From an uncultured Bacilli bacterium (GTDB lineage Bacteria > Bacillota_I > Bacilli_A > RF39 > UBA660): 64,000 bases of DNA. Below, one piece after another: positions 51,479 through 64,000 of the stretch. A model generated the notes under the pieces. The model made no database searches and had not been told where the DNA came from. It worked only from the letters and a program-made list of their open reading frames with translations. Each line of letters starts with the position of its first letter. The stretch's first letter is position 1. The translations under genes were made by a program, and so were the position numbers. The stretch lies in NCBI GenBank assembly GCA_947598325.1, contig CANQFD010000003.1:22860-86859 (forward strand), in the 5' to 3' direction.

Positions 51479-52831
51479 CTACTTTCCTAAACAAAAGTTA
51501 CTAAATAAATTATCAATTAACTTATCATCATAACTCTCTCCTATTATTTCATTTAATATTTCACATATTTCTTTTATATCAATTTCAAGCATATCTATTG
51601 GAATATCTTCTTTTAAAGATTTTTCTAAATTTTTAGATGCTTTTATAGCCTTTTTTATAAGTGATATTTGTCTTGAATTAGATAAATATGTAAAATCTTT
51701 ATTATTCAATTCATCTAAATTAAAGATATTACTTATTTCTTTTTTTAATAAATCAAGTCCATCATCTTTTAATGCAGAGATTTTTACTACTTTTTCATTT
51801 TTTAATTTATCTAAATCTATTTTTTCTTCTAAATCTATTTTATTTATTACTATTATTCTTTTTTTATTTTTTGTTTTTTCTAATAATTTTTCATCTTCAT
51901 TTGTAAAATTTTCATTATTATTAAAAACTAATATTATTAAATCTGAGTTTTTTATTAAATTAAGAGATTTTTCTACTCCTATTTTTTCTACAACATCATT
52001 TGTATTTCTTATTCCCGCAGTATCTATTATATTTAATAATATTCCATTTATTCTTATTTGACCTTCTACTATATCTCTTGTTGTTCCTGCAATATTAGTA
52101 ACTATAGCTTTATCTTCTTCTATTAATTTATTTAATATAGAACTTTTTCCAACATTTGGTTTACCTAAAATTAAAGTATTTATACCCTCTTTTATTAATT
52201 TACTATTTTCTGATTCATCCAATAATTTCATTAATTCTTTATTTATATAATTTGATTGTTCCATTATTTTTGTTTTTGTAACTACTTCTATATCATTATA
52301 TTCTGGATAATCTATATTAACTTCTATATTAGCATTTAAACTTATTAAATTATTTATTATATCTTTTATTAATTTTGATATTTTTCCTTCAACACCATTT
52401 AATGCAAGTTTTCTAGAATTTTCCGTTTTTGATTCTATTAAATCCATTATACTTTCTGCTTCTAATAAATCTATTCTTCCATTTAAAAATGCTCTTTTTG
52501 TGAATTCACCAGGTTCTGCAAGTCTTGCACCTTCTAATAACAAAATTTCTAAAATTTTATTTGTTGTTGCTACACCACCATGAGCATTTATTTCAACTAT
52601 ATTTTCCTTTGTAAAAGTCTTTGGTGATTTCATAACCGATACCATTACTTCATCTATTATTTCATTTTCATATTTAATATAACCATAATTTATTGTATGT
52701 GATTCTACTTTATTCAAATTCTTTGTAAATATTTTATTAACTATATTTATAGAATTTTCACCACTTAATCTTATTATAGATATTGCGCCAACACCAAGTG
52801 CTGTTGAAATTGCACATATTGTATCATTCAT
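51479..52831 (-). CDS. mnmE: tRNA modification GTPase
   Basis: DTICAIST, GKPNVGKSS, GTTRD, DTAGIR, FCLGK. Confidence 0.98.
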   Translation of the reverse strand: MNDTICAISTALGVGAISIIRLSGENSINIVNKIFTKNLNKVESHTINYGYIKYENEIIDEVMVSVMKSPKTFTKENIVEINAHGGVATTNKILEILLLEGARLAEPGEFTKRAFLNGRIDLLEAESIMDLIESKTENSRKLALNGVEGKISKLIKDIINNLISLNANIEVNIDYPEYNDIEVVTKTKIMEQSNYINKELMKLLDESENSKLIKEGINTLILGKPNVGKSSILNKLIEEDKAIVTNIAGTTRDIVEGQIRINGILLNIIDTAGIRNTNDVVEKIGVEKSLNLIKNSDLIILVFNNNENFTNEDEKLLEKTKNKKRIIVINKIDLEEKIDLDKLKNEKVVKISALKDDGLDLLKKEISNIFNLDELNNKDFTYLSNSRQISLIKKAIKASKNLEKSLKEDIPIDMLEIDIKEICEILNEIIGESYDDKLIDNLFSNFCLGK

Positions 52832-52882
52832 AAAATTATCACCTACTTTTCTATACTATTATATCATAATGAAAAAAAAGAA

Positions 52883-53491
52883 CTATTTAGATGGTTTTAT
52901 TACAACATATCTATTAGGTTCTTCTCCTTCACTTTCTGTTTTTATACCTTTAAAATTTTTTAATACCTCATGTACTATTCTTCTCTCATATGAGTTCATT
53001 GGATCCATCTTTATTTCTATATTAATTTGAGATACTTCTTTAGCTAATTTTTTTGCTAAATATTCTATATTTTTCTCATGTTTTTCTTTATAATTTTCTA
53101 CATCTATTATTATATTTGTAAATATACCAGTTTCTTTATATATAGCTTGTTTTACTAATGTTTGAATTGAATTTAATGTTCTACCATTTTTTCCTATTAA
53201 TATTGAATTATTATTAGATTTTATTTTTATTAATATATATTTATCCATTCTTTTAGATTCTATTTCTACTTCTAGTCCCATAGATTCTACCAATGTTTTT
53301 ACATATTTTTTGGAAAATTCTAAAACATCTGTTTTTAATATAACATTTAGTATATATTTTTTCTTTTTTAGTAAACCAGACGATTCTTCTGTAATTTTAT
53401 ATATTAATTCATCATCTTTGACATCTAATTCTTTAATTGCTTTTAATATTAATTGTTCTATATTTTTACCTTCAAAATTATATACTTTCAT
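52883..53491 (-). CDS. jag: RNA-binding protein Jag/KhpB/EloR
   Basis: LIGKNGRTL KH domain, PMNSYERRIVH R3H domain, SEGEEPNRYVVI. Confidence 0.95.
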   Translation of the reverse strand: MKVYNFEGKNIEQLILKAIKELDVKDDELIYKITEESSGLLKKKKYILNVILKTDVLEFSKKYVKTLVESMGLEVEIESKRMDKYILIKIKSNNNSILIGKNGRTLNSIQTLVKQAIYKETGIFTNIIIDVENYKEKHEKNIEYLAKKLAKEVSQINIEIKMDPMNSYERRIVHEVLKNFKGIKTESEGEEPNRYVVIKPSK

Positions 53492-53495
53492 TTTA

Positions 53496-54428
53496 TTATA
53501 CCTCTTTCTCAAATGATTTCTTAACCATTAAATTTTGAATAATAGTAAATACTGTAGATGCTATCCAATATAATGATAATGCTACTGAAAAATTAAGAGA
53601 CATTATTGAAATCATTATTAACATTATATTCATCATAGTATTTGGATTTATATCATTTGTTTGAGGTGTTGGAGCTGTTTTATTTAATTTTTGTGATATA
53701 TATGTTGTTATTATTATTAATAAAACTATTATTATATATTGATAATGTCCTGATGTTATTGCTTTTAAAGGTGTTGTTCCAAGTATTAAACCAAATAAAT
53801 TTTCTTCAAAAATAACTGGTACTCTATTGATTGCTTCAAAAAAACCAAATAATAATGGAATTTGTATAAAAGCAAATAAACAACTAGAAAATGGATTAAT
53901 ATTATATTTTTTATATAACATCATCATTTCCATAGATTTTTTATTAATAGATTCTTGATCATTTTTATTTTCATATTTTTTATTAATTCTATCCATTTCT
54001 GGCTGCATTTTTTTCATATTTTCTGATTGCATAGCAGTTTTTTTAGTAAATGGAGCAAGTAATATTCTTATTACAATTGATAATATAATTAATGCTATAC
54101 CATAGCTATTTACTAAGTTACCTATCTTTAATGTTAACCATGCAAGTGGTTTAACTACTAATGTTTCCCATAAATTATTATAATTGCCATCACTTGGAGT
54201 AAAACTATTACAAGATGGTAACTTTTCTATATTTACTTGTTTTTTATATTTGTTATATTCTTTAATAACACCTTTATTTTCAGGTTTACATAATATATTT
54301 TCATTTAATGTAATTTTAACATTTGAATCCTCATAATACACAATTTTATTAGTTTTTGGATCCTTTAGAGTTACTGTACAACCTGTTAATAATATTACTA
54401 CAAAAGAAAGCATCAATATTTTTTTCAT
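53496..54428 (-). CDS. yidC: Membrane protein insertase YidC/SpoIIIJ
   Basis: Lipobox LTGC, YGIAL, MQPEM, LYKKYNINP, LYW. Confidence 0.95.
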   Translation of the reverse strand: MKKILMLSFVVILLTGCTVTLKDPKTNKIVYYEDSNVKITLNENILCKPENKGVIKEYNKYKKQVNIEKLPSCNSFTPSDGNYNNLWETLVVKPLAWLTLKIGNLVNSYGIALIILSIVIRILLAPFTKKTAMQSENMKKMQPEMDRINKKYENKNDQESINKKSMEMMMLYKKYNINPFSSCLFAFIQIPLLFGFFEAINRVPVIFEENLFGLILGTTPLKAITSGHYQYIIIVLLIIITTYISQKLNKTAPTPQTNDINPNTMMNIMLIMISIMSLNFSVALSLYWIASTVFTIIQNLMVKKSFEKEV

Positions 54429-54436
54429 TTTATCAC

Positions 54437-54781
54437 CTAATCTAATATTTTTGAAATTATATTTATTAATTCATCATTTTTTTCATGATAATTTATATTA
54501 TTTATTTCTTTAGATACAATTATAACATAATCTGTACCTGTTTTAAATAATAAATTACTTTTATCTAGTATATCTTTTATTTGTCTTTTGTTTTTGTTTC
54601 TATTTACTGCATTTCCTATTTTCTTTGAAACACATATAGCAAATCTATAATTTTTTAAATTATTTTCTTTATAATATATATAATAATATTTATTTTTTAT
54701 AAATTTACCATTATGTATTATATCATTTATTTCATCAGATTTTTTTACAATATTTATTTTTTTTATGATAATCACTTCCAT
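54437..54781 (-). CDS. rnpA: Ribonuclease P protein component
   Basis: VSKKIGNAVNRNKNKR RNR motif; between rpmH and yidC; start uncertain. Confidence 0.95.
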   Translation of the reverse strand: MEVIIIKKINIVKKSDEINDIIHNGKFIKNKYYYIYYKENNLKNYRFAICVSKKIGNAVNRNKNKRQIKDILDKSNLLFKTGTDYVIIVSKEINNINYHEKNDELINIISKILD

Positions 54782-54818
54782 TCATACAAAAAAAACCACT
54801 TATATAATAGTGGATTTA

Positions 54819-54941
54819 TTATTTAGATAAAACTTTACGGCCTTTTTTTCTTCTTTTATTTAATATATTACCTTTTACTCTAGAAAAAAATCCATGTTTC
54901 TTAGCTTTTTTTCTATTATTTGGTTGAAATGTTCTTTTCAT
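54819..54941 (-). CDS. rpmH: 50S ribosomal protein L34 (40 aa)
   Basis: Manual translation [40 protein letters not shown]; GGAGGTG RBS. Confidence 0.97.
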   Translation of the reverse strand: MKRTFQPNNRKKAKKHGFFSRVKGNILNKRRKKGRKVLSK

Positions 54942-54973
54942 TTTTGCACCTCCAAGTTCATAAAAACATTACA

Positions 54974-55002
54974 ATTATATACGTTTTTAATTATAAAGTC
55001 AA
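54974..55002 (-). promoter_or_regulatory. rpmH promoter
   Basis: TTGACT-N17-TATAAT. Confidence 0.75.
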
Positions 55003-55418
55003 TTTTTTTACTTAATTTTTTTATTTTTTTACATTATAATTTTTAAATATTATTATTTAAAAAAGTACTCATTCTATAAATTTGATATTTTTTTCCACAA
55101 TAAAAAATATTAATATTTTAAAATTATTAAAAAACTGTGGAAATTTTTTTCTTTTTCTCTTATAATATAAGGTCAATAAAAGTTATAAACATTATAAACA
55201 CTATTGTTGATAAATTTTAATTGTTTATAATTTTAATGTTTAAAAAAAATTTGTGGAAAATGTGGAAAACTATATTAAACTCTTATATTACATAATATAA
55301 TTTTCAACTTTTTCTGTTCATAACTTTTATCATTCAATTTTTTTATTGATTTATCAATAAAATAGGTTATAATTAACTTATAAATAAACTATCTAATAAT
55401 ATCAGGGGAGGTGGTTTT
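55003..55418. other. oriC region I (DnaA-box cluster upstream of dnaA)
   Basis: TTTTCCACA 55091, TGTGGAAAT 55136, TTATAAACA 55183 and 55192, TGTTGATAA 55205, TGTTTATAA 55222, TGTGGAAAA 55252 and 55261; gene-strand switch here. Confidence 0.85.
55346..55373 (+). promoter_or_regulatory. Putative dnaA promoter
   Basis: TTGATT-N16-TATAAT. Confidence 0.5.
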
Positions 55419-56777
55419 ATGAACATAGAAAGTATTTGGAATAGATTTTTAAATGATATAAAGAAAAGAGTTAGTTCTTTATCATATAATACTTGGTTTA
55501 AAGATTCTAATTTAGTCTTATTAAATGAAGAACATGCTATTATAATAGTTCCAACTATTGCCCATAAAAAACACCTAGCAGAATCTTATATTGATATTAT
55601 AAAAGAAATTTTTAATGAAATTACAGGAACAAATTTTAATATTGAATTTTTATTAGAAAATGAATACATAAAAGAAGATATAAATAAAGATGAAAAGATA
55701 GAAGAACTTGGAGTTCCTTATAATAGTCCTGAGAAAGCTAATTTAAATCCTGATTATACTTTTGAAAATTTTATAGTAGGGGAGAGTAATAGATTTGCTC
55801 AGGCTACAGCTCTTGCAGTAGCAGAAAATCCTGGAAAAATGTATAATCCTCTTTTTATATATGGAAATAGTGGGCTTGGAAAAACTCATTTAATGCAAGC
55901 TATTGGTAATTACATTATTCAAAATTCTAATAAGAGAGTTTTATATGTAACAAGTGACCAATTTATAAATGATTTTTTAGGATTAAATAAAAAAAATAAA
56001 GATGGTAATAATTTTGATTATATTGATTTATTCAAGGATAAATATAGAAATATAGATGTACTTATTATAGATGATATTCAATTTTTAGGTAATGCACCTA
56101 AAACACAAAATGAATTTTTCCACACTTTTAATACTTTATATGATGATAAAAAACAAATTATTATTTCATCGGATAGCTCGCCAGATGATTTAAAACATTT
56201 AGAAGATAGACTTAGAACTAGATTTAATTGGGGATTAAAAGTAAATATTTTTCCACCAGATAATTTGCTTAGAAAAGAAATATTAAGAAAAAAAATGTCA
56301 AACATGGATTTTTCTAATCATATGAGTGAAGAAGCCATTGATTATATTGCTAATATGTGTCACTCAGATATTAGAAGTTTAGAAGGAGCTTTAACTAGAG
56401 TTTGTGCATATTCTACTATATTTTTTGAAGAAGAAATAACTCTTGATTTAGCAATTGAAGCACTAAAAGGTACTATAACTCAGTCAACTAGTTTTAAAAA
56501 CGATATTCAAAAAATACAAAAGGTAGTATCAGAATATTATAATGTAAGTGTAGAGGATTTAAAATCTAAAAAAAGGGTATCAACTATTGCTTTTCCAAGA
56601 CAAATAGCTATTTATTTATCAAGAAATTTAACGGATGAATCTTTTCCAAGAATTGGAATGGAATTTGGAGGAAGAGATCATTCAACTGTTATACATTCAT
56701 GTGATAAAATTGCAAATGAAATAAAAAACAATAGTCAGCTTGCAAAAATAATAGAAGAAATAAAACAAAAATTGTAA
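55419..56777 (+). CDS. dnaA: Chromosomal replication initiator
   Basis: YNPLFIYGNSGLGKTHL, DDIQF, RQIAIYL, GGRDHSTVIH. Confidence 0.99.
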   Translation: MNIESIWNRFLNDIKKRVSSLSYNTWFKDSNLVLLNEEHAIIIVPTIAHKKHLAESYIDIIKEIFNEITGTNFNIEFLLENEYIKEDINKDEKIEELGVPYNSPEKANLNPDYTFENFIVGESNRFAQATALAVAENPGKMYNPLFIYGNSGLGKTHLMQAIGNYIIQNSNKRVLYVTSDQFINDFLGLNKKNKDGNNFDYIDLFKDKYRNIDVLIIDDIQFLGNAPKTQNEFFHTFNTLYDDKKQIIISSDSSPDDLKHLEDRLRTRFNWGLKVNIFPPDNLLRKEILRKKMSNMDFSNHMSEEAIDYIANMCHSDIRSLEGALTRVCAYSTIFFEEEITLDLAIEALKGTITQSTSFKNDIQKIQKVVSEYYNVSVEDLKSKKRVSTIAFPRQIAIYLSRNLTDESFPRIGMEFGGRDHSTVIHSCDKIANEIKNNSQLAKIIEEIKQKL

Positions 56778-56961
56778 AAAAGTGGAAAACTTTATTTTTC
56801 ACCAAAATAATTAACATTTATTAACAATATAAAAATAAGCATTCTATTATATATAAACTTAAGTTTTTTAATTATTAACAATTTCAACAGTAATAAAAAA
56901 AATAATATTTATTTAATTATAAAATAATGATATAATTATCATAAGTCATGGAGGGTTTATT
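56778..56961. other. oriC region II (dnaA-dnaN intergenic, AT-rich unwinding region)
   Basis: Degenerate boxes (AGTGGAAAA, repeated TTATTAACA) and a very AT-rich tract; bipartite oriC is typical of Bacilli. Confidence 0.6.
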
Positions 56962-58083
56962 ATGAAATTTAGTATAAAAAAGGAAATATTATTAGAAAAT
57001 TTAAATAATGTTATTAAAGCTGTATCTACTAAAAATGTAATTCCAATTTTAGGAGGTATAAAATTTAATTTAACAGAAGAGGGTTTATTCTTAACTTCAA
57101 CAAATAATGAAATAGATATAGAAAGTTTTATAGATAAAAAATATATAGATAATTTAGAAAAAACAGGAACAATTGTAATTCCAGGAAAATTTTTAATTGA
57201 AATTATAAGAAAATTAAGAGATGGAATAATAAATATAGAAGTAGTTGATGGATTAAAATTATTAATATTTAATGATAATTCTAATTTTAGTTTAAATGGT
57301 ATAGATTCATCAGAATTTCCAAATATAAATTTAGATATATCAACAAATCCTATTATTTTAAGTAAAAAAGTAATAAAAAATATTTTTAATCAAACATTAT
57401 TTGCTACATCAACTCAAGAGTCAAGACCAATATTAACAGGTATTAATTTTAAAATAGAAAATAATAATATGGAATGTATAGCAACTGATTCTTATAGATT
57501 AGCGAAAAAATATATAGAATTGGATCAAACTGTTGATAATTTGATAAATATAGTAATTCCAGGTAAAAATATAGGTGAATTAATTAAAATATTAAATGAT
57601 GAAGATGAAAATGTAGAAGTTCATATTTTCTCTAATAAAATTTTATTTAAATTTGATAATATTTTATTTCAATCACGCTTATTAAATGGTTCTTTTCCAG
57701 ATACATCAAGATTAATACCAAATGATTTTCTTTATGAAATAGAAGTAAATTTAAATGAATTTTATGAAGTAATAGATAGAGCTGCTTTATTAACTAATGA
57801 AAGAGAAAAAAATGTAATAAAATTTGAAACTAAAGGGAATGAAGCAATAGTTAGTTCTAATATACCAGAAATAGGTAAAGTAGAAGAAAAATTAAATATT
57901 AATAAAAATAATGACTCTGATATTAAAATTTCATTTTCATCAAAATATATGATGGAAGCTTTAAGAACTATTAATAGTCAAAATATAAGAATATATTTAA
58001 ATTCTGATGTTAAACCAATTATTTTAAAAAATGATGAGGATGAAAATTTATTACAATTAATACTTCCTATAAAAACATATTAA
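56962..58083 (+). CDS. dnaN: DNA polymerase III beta clamp
   Basis: SRPILTGI, ATDSYRLA, SRLLNGSFPD, QLILPIKTY. Confidence 0.98.
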   Translation: MKFSIKKEILLENLNNVIKAVSTKNVIPILGGIKFNLTEEGLFLTSTNNEIDIESFIDKKYIDNLEKTGTIVIPGKFLIEIIRKLRDGIINIEVVDGLKLLIFNDNSNFSLNGIDSSEFPNINLDISTNPIILSKKVIKNIFNQTLFATSTQESRPILTGINFKIENNNMECIATDSYRLAKKYIELDQTVDNLINIVIPGKNIGELIKILNDEDENVEVHIFSNKILFKFDNILFQSRLLNGSFPDTSRLIPNDFLYEIEVNLNEFYEVIDRAALLTNEREKNVIKFETKGNEAIVSSNIPEIGKVEEKLNINKNNDSDIKISFSSKYMMEALRTINSQNIRIYLNSDVKPIILKNDEDENLLQLILPIKTY

Positions 58084-58211
58084 TAAAAAATGTAAAAATT
58101 AATGAAAAAGATAAAAAATTACAAATTTCGACAAATTTTTTATTTTTTTTTTGCTTAAATAGGGGATAATTATTTTTTTTAGTAAAAATAATTAATGAAA
58201 GGAAAAAAAAT

Positions 58212-58664
58212 ATGGAGCAATATGAAGTAAATTCAAAAACTATAGCTTTAATTCCTATAAATATAGAAAAAACGAGGATAATTGAAGTTGATAGAACATT
58301 TGTAGTAAATATGAATTGTATGAAAATAATAGAAAGGAGTTGTGAATATTTTGGTAGTTCATATTTAGGAAGGCATTTAGGTACTAAAAATCTTATAGGC
58401 ATTAGTCATAAATCACCTATAATTATAGAAGAAAGTAGAAATTTAATATATTTTCCGACAACATCTCCTAGGTTAGAAGGATGTTCTTGGTTTGCACTTA
58501 AATATATTTCGGATTATAAATCAAAAAATGGGAAATCTTTAATTTATTTAGAGAATGGTGAAAGTATAGAAGTTAATATATCAATAGGATCATTTGATAA
58601 TCAATATTTAAGAGCTACTAAACTTGAATCAATGCTTAGAAAAAGAAAAATAAGTTTAGAATAA
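58212..58664 (+). CDS. comK: Competence transcription factor ComK family protein
   Basis: YEVNSKTIAL, IIERSCEYFGSSYLGR, HKSPIII, FPTTSP...CSW motifs. Confidence 0.88.
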   Translation: MEQYEVNSKTIALIPINIEKTRIIEVDRTFVVNMNCMKIIERSCEYFGSSYLGRHLGTKNLIGISHKSPIIIEESRNLIYFPTTSPRLEGCSWFALKYISDYKSKNGKSLIYLENGESIEVNISIGSFDNQYLRATKLESMLRKRKISLE

Positions 58665-58821
58665 ATTAAAAACATTTTATATAAGAAAAATATATAAAAA
58701 TATTTAAAAAAATTGTATATTTTCTTAAATAAAGTGTTTTTTTATGGTATAATATCATTGTATGTATAGGAGCATTATTTATATATTAAGGTGAGAATAT
58801 GGTCATAAAAATAGGTTTAAA

Positions 58822-61849
<3,028 letters not shown>

Positions 61850-61865
61850 AAGGGAGTATTAAAAA

Positions 61866-64000
61866 ATGAATCATAGTAGAGATAGATTAGAAGAAAATAA
61901 TATTGTTGATGAAATAGAATCATCATTTATTGATTATTCACTTAGTGTAATAACCTCTCGTGCACTCCCAGATTTAAGGGATGGTTTAAAACCAGTTCAC
62001 AGAAGAATTTTATGGTCAATGTATGAATCTGGATATACTCCTGATAAACCACATAGAAAATCAGCTCGTATAGTTGGTGATGTTATGGGTAAATATCATC
62101 CACATGGAGATTCAAGTATATACGAAGCAATGGTTCGTATGGCACAAGGATTTAGTTATAGAAATTGTTTGGTTGATGGACATGGAAATTTTGGAAATAT
62201 AGATGGTGACGGTGCAGCAGCAATGCGTTATACTGAATCAAGACTTTCTAAAATTTCATTAGAATTACTTAAAGATATTAATAAGAATACAGTAAATTTT
62301 ATTGATAATTTTGATGTAACTGAAAAAGAACCAGAAATTTTACCATCAAGATTTCCAAATATTCTTGTAAATGGAACAATGGGAATTGCTGTTGGTATGG
62401 CAACAAATATTCCACCACATAATTTAGGAGAAGTAATTGATGGATGTATTGCGTATATTGATAATCCTCAAATAGATACAATAGGATTAATGGAATATAT
62501 AAAAGGACCAGACTTTCCAACAGGAGGTATAATTTTAGGAAATAGTGGAATAAAAAAAGCATATGAAACAGGAAGAGGAACTATAACTATTAGGAGTAAG
62601 GCAACAATTGAAGAAAAAAATGGAAAGCATTCTATAGTTATTACTGAAGTACCATATGGTGTCAATACATCAGATTTAAAGAATAAAGTTGCAGAACTAG
62701 TACATAATAAAACAATTGATGGCATTGCAGATTATCATACTGATTTAAAAAATGGTGTAAAAATAACTATTACTTTAAAAAAAGATGCAAATGCACAAGT
62801 TGTTCTTAATAATTTATATAAACATACGCAATTTCAAAATAATTTTGGAATCATATTCTTAATGTTAGATAAAGGAGTTCCAAAAACTTTAGGATTAAAG
62901 GAAATTATAAAAAAATATATTGAGTATCAAAAAGAAGTTATTGTAAGAAGAACAAAATTTGAACTTGATAAAGCAGAAAAAAGAGTTCATATATTAGAAG
63001 GTTTAAAAATAGCACTTGATCATATAGATGAAGTTATAAAATTAATAAGAGGATCTAAATCAGATGAGGAAGCAAGAGAAGGATTAATGTCTAAATTTGG
63101 ATTAAGTCAAGCTCAAGCAGATGCTATTCTTGAAATGAAATTAAGAAGATTAACTGGTTTAGAAAGAGATAAAATAGAAAATGAATTAAATGAGTTATTA
63201 GCAAAAATAAAAGAATTAAAAGAAATTTTAGCATTTGATGAAAAAATTTATGGAATAATAAAAGAAGAATTATTAGAAATAAAAAATAAATATAGTGATG
63301 ATAGAAAAACTAAAATAGATATGACTGCAATTGATTATATAGAGGATGAATCATTAATACCAATTGAAGATATAATTATAACACTAACAAATAAAGGTTA
63401 TATAAAAAGACTTAAATCAGATACTTATAAAATACAAAATAAAGGTGGAGTAGGAGTTAAAGGTATGTCAACAAATGAGGAAGATTTTGTTGAAAAAATG
63501 ATAACCGTAAAAACTCATGATTATATATTATTCTTCTCAAATAAAGGAAAAGTATATAAAATTAAAGGATATGAAATACCAGAATTTAGTAGACAAGCTA
63601 AAGGATTACCTATAATAAATTTATTACCAATAGAAAAAGATGAAAAGATAAATTCAATTCTTAATATTTCAAAAGAGGAAGAAAATAATTATATATTATT
63701 TGTTACAAAAAAAGGATTAGTAAAAAGAACAAATATTGAAGAATTTGATTCAATTAGAAAGAGTGGAAAAATAGCAATAACACTTAAAGAAGAAGATGAA
63801 TTATTATTTGTAACTAAAACAAATGGTGAAGATGAAATTGTTATTGGTGCATCAAATGGAAGAATAGTAAGGTTTAATGAAAAAGAAATAAGAATTATGG
63901 GTAGAACAGCAAGTGGAGTAAGAGGTATTAATATTCCAAACAATTCTATATGTGTTAGTTCAGAAAAAGTAAATGAAGATAGTGATATATTAATAATGAC
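61866..64000 (+). CDS. gyrA: DNA gyrase subunit A (runs off window)
   Basis: Manual translation from ATG 61866: [38 protein letters not shown], GyrA-box-like QNKGGVG. Confidence 0.98.
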   Translation, partial: MNHSRDRLEENNIVDEIESSFIDYSLSVITSRALPDLRDGLKPVHRRILWSMYESGYTPDKPHRKSARIVGDVMGKYHPHGDSSIYEAMVRMAQGFSYRNCLVDGHGNFGNIDGDGAAAMRYTESRLSKISLELLKDINKNTVNFIDNFDVTEKEPEILPSRFPNILVNGTMGIAVGMATNIPPHNLGEVIDGCIAYIDNPQIDTIGLMEYIKGPDFPTGGIILGNSGIKKAYETGRGTITIRSKATIEEKNGKHSIVITEVPYGVNTSDLKNKVAELVHNKTIDGIADYHTDLKNGVKITITLKKDANAQVVLNNLYKHTQFQNNFGIIFLMLDKGVPKTLGLKEIIKKYIEYQKEVIVRRTKFELDKAEKRVHILEGLKIALDHIDEVIKLIRGSKSDEEAREGLMSKFGLSQAQADAILEMKLRRLTGLERDKIENELNELLAKIKELKEILAFDEKIYGIIKEELLEIKNKYSDDRKTKIDMTAIDYIEDESLIPIEDIIITLTNKGYIKRLKSDTYKIQNKGGVGVKGMSTNEEDFVEKMITVKTHDYILFFSNKGKVYKIKGYEIPEFSRQAKGLPIINLLPIEKDEKINSILNISKEEENNYILFVTKKGLVKRTNIEEFDSIRKSGKIAITLKEEDELLFVTKTNGEDEIVIGASNGRIVRFNEKEIRIMGRTASGVRGINIPNNSICVSSEKVNEDSDILIM

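Noticed and set aside
58084-58211. ComK AT-boxes (AAAA-N5-TTTT) upstream of comK
   Set aside because: A/T tracts are everywhere in this DNA; cannot be distinguished from chance
62090-62130. GyrA quinolone-resistance substitutions
   Set aside because: QRDR reads [11 protein letters not shown], the wild-type Ser/Glu pattern

Overview
This 64-kb window is the replication-origin region of a very AT-rich, genome-reduced Bacilli (Firmicutes) chromosome. It uses the standard code and carries cell-wall and sporulation genes; an RF39/Erysipelotrichales-like lineage is my inference. It holds rpmH-oriC-dnaA-dnaN-comK-recF-gyrB-gyrA. Running leftwards is a strongly condensed Bacillus-like gene order: rnpA, yidC, jag, mnmE, mnmG, rsmG, noc, pbpG, argS, rpoE, prfA, prmC, spoIIR, murA, rpmE, rpiB, spoIID, spoIIQ, spoIIID-mbl, tagO, hpf, secA, prfB, ftsEX, uvrB, uvrA, lgt. 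Several accessory patches interrupt this backbone. The best candidate for an undescribed system is an islet between secA and prfB. Two membrane-anchored proteins with unrelated ectodomains there share a near-identical 154/156-bp promoter+RBS+leader module. A poly-G tract in that module sets the -35/-10 spacer to 15 bp in one copy and 17 bp in the other, suggesting phase-variable surface cassettes. Other highlights: an in-frame SpoIIID-Mbl fusion, a convergent agrBD/agrAC locus with an unannotated AgrD, a pilin-like/C39-peptidase operon with a catalytically dead paralogue, a 36-bp uvrB duplicate flanking an accessory block, and comK in place of yaaA next to oriC. No tRNA, rRNA, CRISPR array or integrase was seen.
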